Assembly: GCF_006345805.1 (NCBI RefSeq)
Contig: NC_042998.1
Span: 49,600,001-49,664,000 of the forward strand
Reading direction: 5' to 3'
DNA length: 64,000 bases
Source: Octopus sinensis
Taxonomy: Eukaryota
Shown: one piece after another, positions 48,430 to 62,029 of the stretch
Layout: each line of letters opens with the position of its first letter
How positions within the stretch are numbered: the first letter of the stretch is position 1
Position numbers and translations under genes: made by a program
Notes under the pieces: model-generated
Told to the model about the DNA's origin: nothing
Databases searched by the model: none
What the model saw: the letters and a program-made list of their open reading frames with translations, nothing else

Positions 48430-50690
48430 GGCCTTCACATTCATTCATGTTCATTCGACACTGTCAAACATGCACACTGACATTGCACATCCAGCGAAGC
48501 ATACTGGCTTCATTTCTCTCAAGCCTACACATATCCTTGGCTGTCACAGCCCATGTTTCACTACCATGCAGCATAGCTGTTTGCACACAGGCATCAAACA
48601 ATCTGTCTTTCACTTTGAGAGAGAGAGGCCCTTTGTTGCCAGCAGGGGTAGGAGCTCTCTAAACTTTGCCTATCCTAATCTTATTCTCATAGCTATGCTC
48701 TTGGAGCATCCACCCCCACTACTAACTTGGTCACCTAGATAACGGAAGTTATCTACTACCTCTAGCTTACCCACCTGGCAGCTGATAGAGTCTATTTTCT
48801 GCCCATTTTCAGTGTTTATTGTACTTGTGCATCTTCCTACATGAATGCTAGTTTCCCTGTTAATCTTCCTCTGATATTGCTGCACCTTTTATGTGTCCAA
48901 AGCTTACACTGGGTGCATCTTATAGGGATTCTACCTACACTTTTTCTACAGATTGAGCAGGGCCCTCTACCTGAAGAGATTTGTGATTTGTTTGCCTTCC
49001 TACTCATTAAGACTTTGGTTTTTGTTAGGTTAACTTTAAGGCCCTTTGATTCTAGACCTTACTTCCATATTTGGAACTTCTCTAGTTCAGGTATTGGTTC
49101 AGCTATAAGAGCAAGGGGCAACCTGTTTTGAATGCCTCTGTTATTGCCTGGAGGACTATAATGAACAAAAGGGGGCTGAGCACTGATCCTTGGTGAACCC
49201 CTACTTGTACCCTGAATTCTTCGCTGTACTCATTGCCAACCCTCACCTTACTGGTAGCATCCATGTACATAACTTGCTACAGCTCTCACCAACCACTTGT
49301 CTGTCCTTAGTTTCCACATTGATCACCAGATAAGGGATTGGGGGACCCTGTCAAAGGTTTTCTCTAAATCAACAAAGGCCAAGTACAGAGTTTATCTTTG
49401 GCTTTGTATTTCTCTAACCCTAACCCTAACAACAGAAATATAGCATCAATGGTGCTTTTCCCAGACACATAACCAAACTGCATCTCATCTAAGCTAACTC
49501 TCTCCTTAATTAGCTGGGCTATGATTCTCTGTAACTTTCATCACCTGATCCAGCAATTTGATACTTCTGTAATTATTTCTATCTTAGGCATTACTGTTAC
49601 CTTTGTAGCAGTTGACTACTCTTCGTGAACTGCCTGATTTAAAATATGTATGACTAGACCATAACCCATACTGCCAGATGTTTTAAGCATCTCAGTGGAG
49701 ATTCCTGATGAGCCAGGGGCTTTTCCTGTCTTCATATCCTTAATTGCTTTATCTACCATGGACCTGTCGATTGAATTTTTATTGAATTTCTCAATTAGGA
49801 TGTCCCTAAATCTCTGACCATATTGAAGGTCCTTAAGATTCCAAATCCTTCTCTCCCAGATTGGTTTACTTCTTGGCATCCTTCTGGTTTGGAGTCTAAA
49901 GTCACAAATGACTGGTCTATGCTAGGAGGTACATTCTTCACCAGGAAGGGTCTTTGTATTTAGGAGCAACCATGCATCATGCTGTTTGGTGAGAATGTAA
50001 TCGATCTGGCGAGCACAGACACCTGATTGGTAGGTTATCAGGTGGCTGGCTGGCTTACTGAAGTTTATTTTACAGATCAAAAGGTGATTTGCATCACAGA
50101 ACTCCAGTAGTTTCAAGAGCAAAATCCATGGCCTCCATGCACCCCATGTAAGATACCAGACAGCCGTCTGACATGCGCATTGAAATCCCCAGCCATAAAG
50201 GGGAGATCATTGTCACTTGTCTTTGAGGTAACCAGCAGAAAAATGCCATAAAAGTGGCCCTTCAGTTCATTTTGTAGGCCTGCTTGAGGGGCATAGGCAA
50301 GATAATTGTCACTATACTGTTTTGTAAGACTAGCCTAAACTTAAGCACTCTGTCATCTATTCTGGCTACCTCTATGACCTTATCCTCCCACGTCTCTGCA
50401 AGAAGTATGCCTATGTCACCTACCCTATCACTGTTACCTTCTCAGGAGATTTTATACCTGTATTTTGCCTGTGAAGAACCTGGCTGAAGCTCCTCTCTAC
50501 CTTACCTCTTGCATGCAACATCTATCAACACACCTTCGTTCAAGTATCTCAATAATCTTGCTAGACCTACCTTTCAATGTGCCTACATTGAGAGTGCCAA
50601 CTCTGAAAACTGGGAAAGGGACGTGGTGGGGAACATGGGAAGGTGTGATGTTATTTAGCACCTGAAAAAAAGTTTCCGTGTTCATTTGAT
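48430..50690 (-). mobile_element. Degenerate, internally deleted RTE-clade LINE (APE endonuclease plus RT)
   Basis: RVGTLNVGTLKGRS..CCMQEVR, IDYIL, KAPGSSGI..EMLK, FRYLGDQVSSGGG remnants with stops and frameshifts; same family as 14560-15832. Confidence 0.9.
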
Positions 50691-50769
50691 AACAGACCTA
50701 TCACATCAGTTGTTCTCTCACTTTAACCTACCATCATTCAAACTATTATTATTATTATTATTATTATTA

Positions 50770-51697
50770 TTGAGTGAGAGAGCAGCACATGCCATCAAAG
50801 TGACACGTAAAATTATATGAAGACCAATACACCCATCATGACTACCAGTCTGATAAGGGTACACCAGACACATGCATCACAATCACATGTGCATGACATG
50901 GTAATCTTATATCAAGATAAACAGTGCATGATCAGAGATGCACATATTGTCAGCCACTAAGGGACATGCTCAAGTGGTTAAGGTCAAGCAACTGACATGT
51001 AAATCTGTGGCATTGAGCAGAATATTTACTGTAGCCTATCTTTTATACCAAGACAAAACAATGTACATGATTGCATTTCCAATCAGTTAAGATCAGAAGC
51101 CATGAGAGCCACTGCCTGGTATTGCAGTAGGGCATTTATTATTATTATTATTGAGTGAGAGAGCAGTGCATGCCATCAAAGTGACACTGGGGTAAAATAT
51201 ACGAAGCCCAATATACCCATCATGACTACCCGTCTGATAAAGGTACACCAGGCACATACATCACAACCATATGTGCGCGACATGGTGATCTCATATCAAG
51301 ATAAACAGCACATGACCTTGCAGGTGGGGCCCAGTTAGAATTTTCTTCAGATTGAGTAGCCCATCCCGCTCAAACGGTCCCTGAATAAGGGTTGTTTAAG
51401 GATGTTGAAAGAACCACCCATGTTTCCAGAGGTGAACTATTCCAACCCCAAAGAATCCCTCTCAACACATGGCTATGATGCTCCCCCACTACTTCTGCTC
51501 GTGATCAGAGATGCACATATTGTCAGCCACGAAGGGACATGCTCAACTGGTTAAGGTCAAACAACTGACAAGCAAATCTGTGGTATTGAGCAGAATATTT
51601 GCTGTAGCCCATCTTTTATACCAAGACAAAACAATGTACATGATAACACTTCCAATCAGTTAAGATCAGAAGCCATGAGAGCCACTGCCTGGTACTG

Positions 51698-51700
<3 letters not shown>
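50770..51700 (-). mobile_element. Two tandem family G copies
   Basis: Reverse complements of 3556-4072, each bounded by (ATT)n. Confidence 0.8.
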
Positions 51701-51731
<31 letters not shown>

Positions 51732-51800
51732 TTTTTTTTTTTTTTTTTTTTTAATATTTATTTATTTATTTATTTATTTTATTAACACCATTTGTTACAG

Positions 51801-51875
51801 TGGCATTCATCACAGTGTTGTCATATGATTCTGATTTTAAAACATACACAGCAAAAATCACAGAGTTATTTAAAG
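51801..51875 (+). CDS. C3: C3-like exon 13 (C345C): (V)AFITVLSYDSDFKTYTAKITELFK
   Basis: ttgttacag acceptor, GTAAGA donor; F..Y..I..K G pattern of NTR domains. Confidence 0.87.
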
Positions 51876-52814
51876 GTAAGAATTTATTTTGTAATTAATT
51901 TGTACTTTTATTTTGATTACAAAGAAATAGATTTAATCACTAATAGCTATACCCAGACACACATGCACACACATGCCCATCCACTTTTAAAGTCCTGTCG
52001 TTCATCATCGTCATCATTTGACATCCGTTTTCCATGCTGGCATGGGTTGGACAGTTTGACAGAACTGGTACACTGGGGAGCAGCACCAGGTTCCAATCTG
52101 ACTTGGTATGGTTTCTACAGCTAGATTCTTTTCCTAATATCAACGACTCCAAGAGCGTAGTGAGTGCTTTTTACATGCCACTAGCACACATGTCAGTTAT
52201 GTGACACTGGCATTGGCCATGACTATTCTCTTACTTGGCTTGACAGGTCTTCTTAAGCACAGTATATTACCAAAGGTCTCGGTCACCTGTCACTACTTCC
52301 ATGAGGCTCAATGCTTGAATGGTGCTTTTAATGTGGCACCAGCATGGGTGCCAGTCACACAACACTGGCATTGGCCACGACTACAATTTATCTGTTTAAA
52401 TTTCTCATTCCTGTTAGAAGCAAGAGATTTCAATGAAAAATAGTAAACAGGTACAGGTGTGGCTGTATGGTACGACCTTTACTTCACATCCATATGGTTC
52501 CAGGTTCAGTCCCTCTTCATGGCACCTAGGGCAAGTGTCTTCTACTATAGTCTTGTGTTGATCAAAGCCAGGTGAGTGGATTTGGTTGACAGAAACTGAA
52601 AGAGGTCTATCATATGTGTGTGTATGTGTGTTTTGTGTTTGTCTCTCACCACTTAACTGCTGTTGGTTTGTTTCCATTCCTGTAACTTAGTTTGATAAAA
52701 CGCAACCAATAGAATAAGTACCAGGCTTAAATTTGTTTGACTAAACCCTTCAAAGCAGTACCCCAGCATGGCTGTAGTTCAATGGTTAAAACAAGTGGAA
52801 AATAAAAAGAGTGT

Positions 52815-53310
52815 CAAGTTAATGGCTCCTCTTGAAGATAACATGGACACAACTCAGGCTCAAAAGATTAACCATTATGAAAACCTCCTCAATAAATGTG
52901 AAGACGCAGGCTGGAAAGCAGAACATTTTCTAATCAAAGGCAGATGTAAAGATTTGATGGACAAATTGTGAGGTGACTGTTATTATTGATAGGCCTAACT
53001 CATTGTAAAACAAATATCACCATGAGTGATATCCAAACTACAGTGGAGAAGGCAAACCACTGGATTTGGTTAAAAAGAGACGATAATTAATGGCTATAAG
53101 AATATTGAGTGAAACCTGATAACCAGTTGATCTAACAAGTAGGGCTTCATTTCAGTAAGGAGGGCTGGTGCGCTGTGATGCTATTGAGAGGTAAGCCCCC
53201 AAAATGGTCTGCATTCTCTCCTGATGACCCCATAAACTTGCTAACTTCCAGTATCCAGAGCTTTCAACTGGTAGCACTTGAATCTGCAAGTTCTTTGCAA
53301 AAAATTTAAT
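52815..53310 (+). mobile_element. HERO-like (RLE) LINE 3' fragment
   Basis: APLEDN..KINHYENLLNKCEDAGWK and AVEKANHWIWLKRDDN* resemble HERO C-termini (ELTVPWEE..AGW..ASHWLWLKR). Confidence 0.7.
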
Positions 53311-53820
53311 ATCACAGAAATGTAATTATTGAATAAATTTGGATGAAATTCGCTCGTATCATATAATAATTATTGGCTTACATTGTGAATGTGGTTTGTT
53401 TTTGTTATTCTTATAGATTTTTTACCTGTATTGTTATGTCCTTTCACCTGCTAAGTAGGTTGAATACATTAAAGTTGAATGTATATATTTCCATTAATAT
53501 TTACAAAACATTGATTGCCAGTTGTTGATTTCCTAATTGAATCATTAATAAATAAATGATAAATCATTAATTAACAATATTGTCAAATTCTAACTTACTG
53601 TTTAGGTATTACCTGCCATTAACCTCAAAAATCAAAGGAAGAAAAAATACACAGGGGCAGGCATGACTGTGTGGTAAGAAGCTTACTTCCCAACCATAAG
53701 GTTCTGGGTTCAGTCCCACCTTGGGCAAGTGTCTTCTACTATAGCCTCAAGCCAACCAAAGCCTTGTGAGTGGATTTGGTAGATGGAAACTGAGAGAAGC
53801 TCATTGTATATACATCCATG

Positions 53821-53859
<39 letters not shown>

Positions 53860-53862
<3 letters not shown>

Positions 53863-53935
53863 GTAGTCCTCTGGTATTCATGGGGGTTACATTCCTAGAG
53901 TACCTATGAATAGTAAAAAACTGCAAATATTGGAC
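53860..53935 (+). mobile_element. Tigger/pogo-like terminal fragment
   Basis: CAGTAGTCCTCTGGTATTCATGGGGGTTACATTCC resembles Tigger-type TIR. Confidence 0.5.
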
Positions 53936-54038
53936 ATGATCTATAACAATGCCTATAAATATAAAAATATAATGTTATATGTATATATATATATATATAA
54001 TGTTTTCTGGCACTTGGGCTCACTACCAGAAGCCTTAC

Positions 54039-54179
54039 AAGATGTAGGGCATTTGGGCGTTATCTTAGGTGAAATAAAATAAAATAAGATGTAGGGCATT
54101 TGGGCGTTATCTTAGGTGAAATAAAATAAAATAAGATGTAGGGCATTTGGGCGTTATCTTAGGTGAAATAAAATAAAAT
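54039..54179. repeat. 47-bp tandem repeat x3
   Basis: AAGATGTAGGGCATTTGGGCGTTATCTTAGGTGAAATAAAATAAAAT, identical units. Confidence 0.95.
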
Positions 54180-54248
54180 AAAAATAAAAACAAATTCAAA
54201 TATTGCTATTTTACTTTTATCTGACTACCTTTTGTATAATTTTACTAG

Positions 54249-54378
54249 GTCCCACTTCCATGAACCAAAATAACATAACAATAATAATTCAAAAAGCTTA
54301 TTGCTTTTGTCCAGAAATGGACTATGATAATGACAGATATCTGATAATGACAAATAGATACTACAAGTCAGAAGTTGG
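54249..54378 (+). CDS. C3: C3-like exon 14 (C345C): (G)PTSMNQNNITIIIQKAYCFCPEMDYDNDRYLIMTNRYYKSEV(G)
   Basis: ttttactag acceptor, GTAAGT donor; CxCP and YLIM motifs of NTR/C345C. Confidence 0.88.
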
Positions 54379-54920
54379 GTAAGTATTCCATTTACTTCAA
54401 ATTAATTATAGTTCTTTTAATGCATTAAATCAAATAAATTTAAGAAATTAAAATTTATATAAAAAATGATGGATGATTCTAATTCTGGTATTGCTATCTT
54501 TTATACTTGTGTAATGAGAATTTGAAGTAAGTAACTGATTGTTTTAAATACATTTGATGTATAGATGTATCATTGCCTTGTGAATTTTCATTAGTTTTTC
54601 CTAAATCTTCTGTGTTTTAATCAAGCAGCCAAATCTGAAAAGATAAGAGTGTAGCATTGAAGTACTGCACACTTCTCACTAAATTCCAACTAACACAAGC
54701 GATGCACACAGACACATGCAAATGTGAGCATTATAGCATCCTGTATGTTTTACTTAATGTAGATATACTATAGAAAGTCAGAAAACTACAGTATTCATCT
54801 CAAGAAAACATCTTCCATAGGTGCATAATGCTAAAAAAAACATAGAAGTATATAAGTAGTAAGCATCTAGAAGTAACCATTTGCATAGGCAAATTCAGCC
54901 TCTACTGATATAGAATAACA

Positions 54921-54987
54921 CTGCTACTGAGTGTCTGCTACTGAGTGTCTGCTACTGAGTGTCTGCTACTGAGTGTCTGCTACTGAG
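54921..54987. repeat. 14-bp minisatellite x4.8
   Basis: (CTGCTACTGAGTGT)n. Confidence 0.95.
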
Positions 54988-57703
54988 GTACATCTGTGCT
55001 TTTGGGAACTAATATATCTGTACAAGATGCTTTCTCTTGATGAATAATGCAGTTTTCTGGCTTTCTGAAGTATATCTACGTTAAGTAAGATATACAGAAT
55101 GCTGTTTTGAACTAATACTGTTTCCATCACTAATAACAAATTGGGCATTAGACTCAAGATAAACAATTTCTTTAATTCTTTATTCAATATTGTTTAAAAT
55201 ATTTGAAATTATAAATGAAATAAATAAATGCACCCTTTTAAAGCTTAGCCAAGCTCATGGGCCCAGTTTCCCAGTTTCAATGACTTAAGTGTTCCCCAAC
55301 TGGACAGTACGCCACTCCATCACAGTGTTACTCATTTTTGCCAGCTGAGTGGACTGGAGCAACGTGAAATGAAGTGTTTTGCTCAAGAACGCAATGCGTT
55401 GCCCGGTCCAGGAATCAATTTGAAATTATAACAGAAGATTTACTCCTTCCTCTTGTTGAATCTTAAAATATTTTAGATCAATGATTCCCAATATGTGGCA
55501 TATGGCCCACTGATGGGGCCTGGGAAAATAGTGGTGGGGCATGAGATCCCAAATTTTTTTTTTAGTGGGATATAGAATTTTGAAAATCTTTTTCCACAGC
55601 AGACATATTACATCTGTACTCATCCAAGCCAAACCAATCCCTCCAGCTAAGTATTTAGTGTGAAGACTGTTTGTGACAGTATAGCACTATTCTAATGCCC
55701 AAGTGTGGACATTTCTTTAAGGAAAGCATATAACTATGAGAAGCTGATACTCAGTACATAATAAAAAGTTACCTGTAAATTATGTAACTGGCATTCCGTT
55801 ATGTTGGTTATGACGACGTAGGTTCTAATCAATGGGTCAGCCTGTTCATGAAATTAACCTGCAAGAGGCTGAGCACACTACAAGCATGTGCAGCCTTAAC
55901 ATAGTTCACAGGCAGATTCAACATGACACAGAGTGTGACAAGGCTAGCCCTTTGAAATACAGGTACTACAGATTATTTTGTTTGAAATAACTATGATAAA
56001 ATATAAAAAATAAAGTTGTTTTTTTTTTTTTTTCAAGCACTGGTGGGGCATACATTTTTCAGGAAAGTTATAGTTAGGCCAGAGGAGGGAAAATATGTTG
56101 GGAAACAGTTTTAGATAATTTTAAGCATGGATCTGCAAATCTAAATCTATTCTGATGTCCCACACCAATAACACTGGTGTACTTTAGATATTGACAAGGT
56201 CTGTTATGAAAGTTTCTATAAAAAATCCCATTAGCTGCTCTCTCTCTCTCTCTCTCTCTCTCTATCCCCCCCCCTCTCTCGCTCTCTGAAAGTAGTCCTA
56301 CTTGTACTGAAAAATTAGTTTCAGATTGCACCATTACAGGAGGTTTGTAGAATCCATAAACTGTGTCGTAAGAAGCTTATTTACCTGCTATACGGTTCTG
56401 GGTTCAGTCCCATTGCTTGACATCTTGGGCAAGTGCCTTCTCCTATAGCCTTGGGCTAACCAATGCCTTGTGTATGGATTTGATAGATGGAAACTGCAAA
56501 AAACCTGTCGTATATATCTATATCTATATATGTGTGTGTCTTTGTGTCTGTGTTTGCCCCCCCCACCCCCACCCCACTTGACAACCAGTATTGGTGTGTT
56601 TACATCCCAATAACTTAGTGGTTCAGCAAAAGAACCAATGGAATAAGTACAAGGCTTTAAAAAATAAATACTGGGATCGAATCATTCACTTAAAAATTCT
56701 TCAAGACAGTGCCCCAGCATAGCCACAGTTTAATGACTAAAATAAGTAAAAACTAAATGATAAAAAGTAGTTTGAATGCGAGTTAGTTGCTAATTTGAGC
56801 AGGTTAATATACTCATCAGAAACTTTTTCTTTCAAGCTCATTTTTCACTTCCTTCTTATAAACATAATACTAAACATCTCCTCCTTTTGTGAACAACATA
56901 AAATACTGGCCAGCAGCATAACTGTGTGGGTGAAGAAATTCACTTCTCAACTGCGTAGTTTTGGATTTAGTTCTGCTACCTGACCACTTCATGGAGGTGC
57001 GTAGCTTAGTGGCTAGGGTGTCAGCATCAACATCGTAAGATTGTGGTTTCAATTCCTGGACCGGGCAACGCATTGTGTTCTTGAGCAAAACACTTCAGTC
57101 CACTCAGCTGGCAAAAATGAGTAACGCTGCGATGGACTGGCGTCCTGTCCAGCTGGGGAACACATACACCATAGAAACCAGGAAACTGGGCCCATGAGCC
57201 TGGTTAGGCTTTAAAAAGGGCACATTTAAAAAAATTTTTTTTACATGACCACTTGGCTGAGTGCCATTTCTGAATGTTATCTCTGAGTGTCATCTATGAA
57301 TAACACATTTAAAGCCACACACACACATACAAACACACACACACACACATGCACACACACACACACACAACACACACACACACACACACATACACAAATG
57401 CACTCACAAAACATTGGTGTGTGTGTGAGTTTGTGTGTGTGTGTGGCTTTAAACATGTGCTCAAAAACGTAAACAAGCGCACACCAATACACATGCATAT
57501 TTATAATATATATATAAGATGTAGGTGTGAGTATGTGGTAAGATGTTTGCTTCTAGGCCACATGGTTCCAGATTCAGTCCCATTGTGTGGCACCTTAGGC
57601 AAGTGTCTTCCACCAAATAATATTTTCCAAAACTATTGAACTATCATGTTTTTAATGTATCTAATCTTTTATCTAAAAAAATGCTTTCTAATATTTCTTT
57701 CAG

Positions 57704-57830
57704 GTATAAATTTTTGATTGACCGCCAAGGTTTGGTTGTTAAAAGGATGCAACGAGTTAACAAAATAAATGAGACCTTAAATAAATTTGCTGCAAAAATT
57801 AGAGATGTAGGAAAAAGCTTTTGTGATTGA
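57704..57830 (+). CDS. C3: C3-like terminal exon: YKFLIDRQGLVVKRMQRVNKINETLNKFAAKIRDVGKSFCD*
   Basis: tttcag acceptor; inside supplied ORF 57636-57830; terminal Cys as in C3 FGCPN*. Confidence 0.9.
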
Positions 57831-58069
57831 AAATATATAAATGAGATGATCTGCAGTTGTCTATATATTTTGTTCAAAATGTACAAATACAAACTCTTCA
57901 GTTTAAATGTGTTATATTTATTTGGGTTATGTTTTTTCTTTTTCCATCAAGTATGAATTCTAGATTACATTATTTCAAACAATGTTATAGAATCTATCTA
58001 TTACAATGTCTTTAAAAAAGGATTTTAAAGTCATTTTCCAAGATGTTTTGTTATTAGTACAAAATATGT

Positions 58070-58075
58070 ATTAAA
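58070..58075 (+). promoter_or_regulatory. Candidate polyadenylation signal ATTAAA
   Basis: Variant signal about 240 nt after the stop in an AU-rich stretch; no transcript evidence. Confidence 0.3.
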
Positions 58076-60222
58076 TCTCACACTGTTGCAAATATTATTT
58101 ATTGAAAACTAATTTCAATAATGCATATTTATTTTACATATACATATTTGAGGGCATAACCTACCAACCATTAGATTTGGCATTGCAATTTTTGTTCAAA
58201 TCCTCTTTTTCAGATGGTTTTCTACATTCTCTAATTCCATTGACTTAAATCTTAATTTCCATTGAAATACACTACCTTAGTTTTAATTAATTTTGAAATA
58301 ATAAAAAATTTAGTAAAATTACTTTGTCACAATTAAGCTCGTGTCTGGAACATTAATCAGCAGAAAATGTTGGTGGAAAGTTTCAAATTAGATCATGTTA
58401 AATAAGCATAAGGCTTGTATCATAAAACCAGTCTTAGGTGCGCTGGCATCTGTGTAATAACTCTCTTCTTTCATCTCTCTCTCTATGTCCGTGTGTTTTG
58501 CAAGCTTTTATGAGAATTTCATGGAGGATGTAGAGTAACATACAGAAGCAATGCTTCCAAATAATGTGACTTCCCCAGCATAGCTGTGTTTAGCATTGAT
58601 ACTAACTAAACCAGACCAGACCAGCCCTGTAAGTCTGCAACCCTACTCTGCTCTTTGATGCTATAGTAATTAGAAGAGTCTCATTTTAAGTCATTTAAGC
58701 TCTTTGATGTGTTGCCTATGTGGTGTCCAATTTTCACAGTCGTGCAGAAGATATGGTAAACTTGGAAAGTTGTAGTCACCATTATGTTTTTGTGGTTGAT
58801 CCCATAAGAGCATTGGCAATCAAATGATTGACTGGCTTCAGATGATTTTCTTGAGCTCTTATTTCTCTGATGACTGGACACTGTCTGCCAAGATTATGAT
58901 ATTCTGGAGCAATTTGAAGGAATCAGCATTGACCAATGAATGAAAGTTGAAATTTTAGGGTCACTGCCGAGACTTACATGTGTTATGCCCAACTTTTATG
59001 CTGTTCCAACAGATGAGTTTATGAAAAGAAGAATCTTTAATCATTAACCCTTTTGGAAACAGAGTTTCATTTGGAGTTTCAGTACCAAGAAAATGGAGCC
59101 CTTTTCACAAGCCCTACTGTGGGCATGCACTTACTTTAAAAAAAAAATTATGAGCAAATGAAGTAATTACTTTACATATATAAAACTATATATATTCTTG
59201 TAGGAAATTGAAGGAATTAATACAATCTTCTTTGTCATACAACTTTTTTGACCAACAGACCGGCCCTATCATCTCCTAAGGGTTAATCAACAATAGTTAG
59301 ATTCTGAATATGCTATGACAGCATTGTCAATAAGAAACAATGCTTCTTGGATCAGATTCTAAAACATATTGACCCATGTACCAGGTGTAGAGGTCTAGTT
59401 TGCATTTCAAGTATTTCTTGACCAAAGTTATGCAGAACTGAGATCTCAAAACATACCCCGCCAAGGACAATTGTAACTGAAGACAACAAATGATGATTTA
59501 AAACTCCTTAATATATTGGAGAGGGGCTAATTAACCAAAGGGGCTAATTGTCATAGGGGGTAGTTGTCATCGGGGGGAATTGTCCTATGGGGGGTAATCG
59601 TCCTGGGGGTGGTACTTGATACGGTTAAGAACATCATTTGTAAAGTCAAATGGCATGGTTTGGTATGGTTATGCGTGTTATAATGTTCAATGCGAGTATT
59701 TGGAAAACTTATGCATGTTTTTATAAATTCTTTACAATATTTTTTTGACAAACAAATTGTTACATTTTTATAAGAAAATTATTTGATAAACCATTAAAAA
59801 CTATCCAAGAATTTGTTTACTTTTTCAATGTGTGAATGGAAAGCTTGAGTTCAAACTTTATTACTTTTGAGCAGGAATTAGTGAATATACATTATATTCA
59901 CTTCCTAAATCAACCTCAAAGTAATGAATGCTGACACTGTTGAGTTAGCAATTGGGACTTACATAAGGAAAGTTACATAGATACAAGATGGTAGAATCCT
60001 AACTTTTTAATTATCAGAATTTTCAGAAACTTTTTGTGAATTTGTGTTTTACACATGAGAAATTATATGAATGTTCAAAAACAAAAAAAAAAAATTTTTG
60101 TGAGATGTAAGGGGATTTAGCTGTTATTTTTAGTGCATCTCATGTCCACCTCATACTATTCTTATTTGATACTCTGACATATTGATATTTTTCAATGTCT
60201 TTCTCCCTATAAACTCATTTAA

Positions 60223-60443
60223 TCCTTTCGTTACTGTATTTATTTTGAGATGCTCTGTGTTTCTTTCGATTATTTTAAATATAACAAAGAATTTAGTAAA
60301 ATAACTTAGTTATCATTCAGCTAGTGTTAGGAACATTAATTGTGACTAATGATTGGTGGAAGATTTTAATTCAAAACTTATGAAAACAAGATATTTGTAC
60401 CGCTGAGCCAGAGCTGGTTTCAGCCTGGTTGGTAATGAAAGGG
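60223..60443. mobile_element. TTAA-flanked piggyBac-type MITE family E (also 1-179 and 18905-19111)
   Basis: TTAA-(C/T)CCTTTCGTTAC..GTAA(C/T)GAAAGGG-TTAA; three copies with near-identical interior. Confidence 0.85.
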
Positions 60444-61022
60444 TTAATGGTTTATTGCTTGGATTTAAGCCAAAAATTCAATCTGTGTGTATTTTAAACT
60501 GTGACTGAAAAAAATATTTCTTAATTAAAATATTTAAAAAATTCTTTAAGTTTCGAAAAATTACAAACAGATTTTTTTTTTGCATCTCTTATGAATTCCC
60601 TTGCGTAGAACACAAATGCACAAAAAATAAACTCATAATTTAAAAAAAATAAGGAGATTACGAGGGGTTTATGTTGTGTATAAATCAGAATTCTGTCTAA
60701 AATTCTCCATTAATACTTCCTGCAAATACTCAATTTTCATCATCAAGTAGCACAAATTTAAATAGTAAAAGTAGAGGAATCTATCTATAAAATAAGGGAA
60801 TAAATAAACAAATTACATACTAAAGAAATTTCAAACTTAATTAATATTGCTACTAACAGATAATAGCTACCAGATGTGTTTATGAAAGCCGTAAAATAAT
60901 TTACTGCTTTCGGTTCTCATATGTTACACATACAACAAGCTTGTAATTCTATATTTTCAAAAAGTATTCCTAAAGCTTAATATAAGATAACAACAGTGGT
61001 AGTGGAATTATATCTATATCTA

Positions 61023-61560
<538 letters not shown>

Positions 61561-61730
61561 TAATATATATTCATTCCTCAGACTATATTTCAGTCAGTTA
61601 TTTTTCTAATTTCATCAAGTAGAAGGTCTGATTAAAAAGTATTGTTGCTAAGGTAATGGAGCTGAAGTATGCACTATGAAGTTGCTTAGCCCAATAAGTT
61701 AAAACATTCTCACTCACTTCTGTTGTTTAA

Positions 61731-61951
61731 CCCTTTAGCATTTAAACCGGCCATATCCGGCCAGAAGTATTCTGCCTGTTTTATGTTCAAACTGGCCAGA
61801 TCTGGTCTCTTACACCAACCCTACAATATCATTTTAAAAATTAACAGCTACCTCATCAAAATCTCATAGCTACAAGATAATGCATGATTAGTTCAAAACA
61901 ATGTGGATAAAAAAGCATTAATTTTGGCAGAACAGTGTGAACACTAAAGGG
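61731..61951. mobile_element. TTAA-flanked piggyBac-type MITE family F (fragments at 14015-14137, 16044-16140, 41371-41495)
   Basis: TTAA-CCCTTTAG..CTAAAGGG-TTAA. Confidence 0.85.
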
Positions 61952-62029
61952 TTAAAGCAGTGCTTAGTAGTAAAGTGTGTAGAGTGTGGTTGTCTCAGAT
62001 CCTTGTGGCTTTTGACACTGTTTACAATT

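Noticed and set aside
53400-53640. AG acceptors at 53416 and 53605 as candidate C345C exons
   Set aside because: In-frame stops; the real exon 54249-54378 completes the domain without them.
54039-54179. CRISPR-like array
   Set aside because: Contiguous tandem units with no spacers, in eukaryotic intronic context.
58480-59040. Unique-looking segment downstream of the gene (ORF 58681-58881)
   Set aside because: No recognisable motif or splice structure by eye; may be an old TE remnant and needs BLAST.
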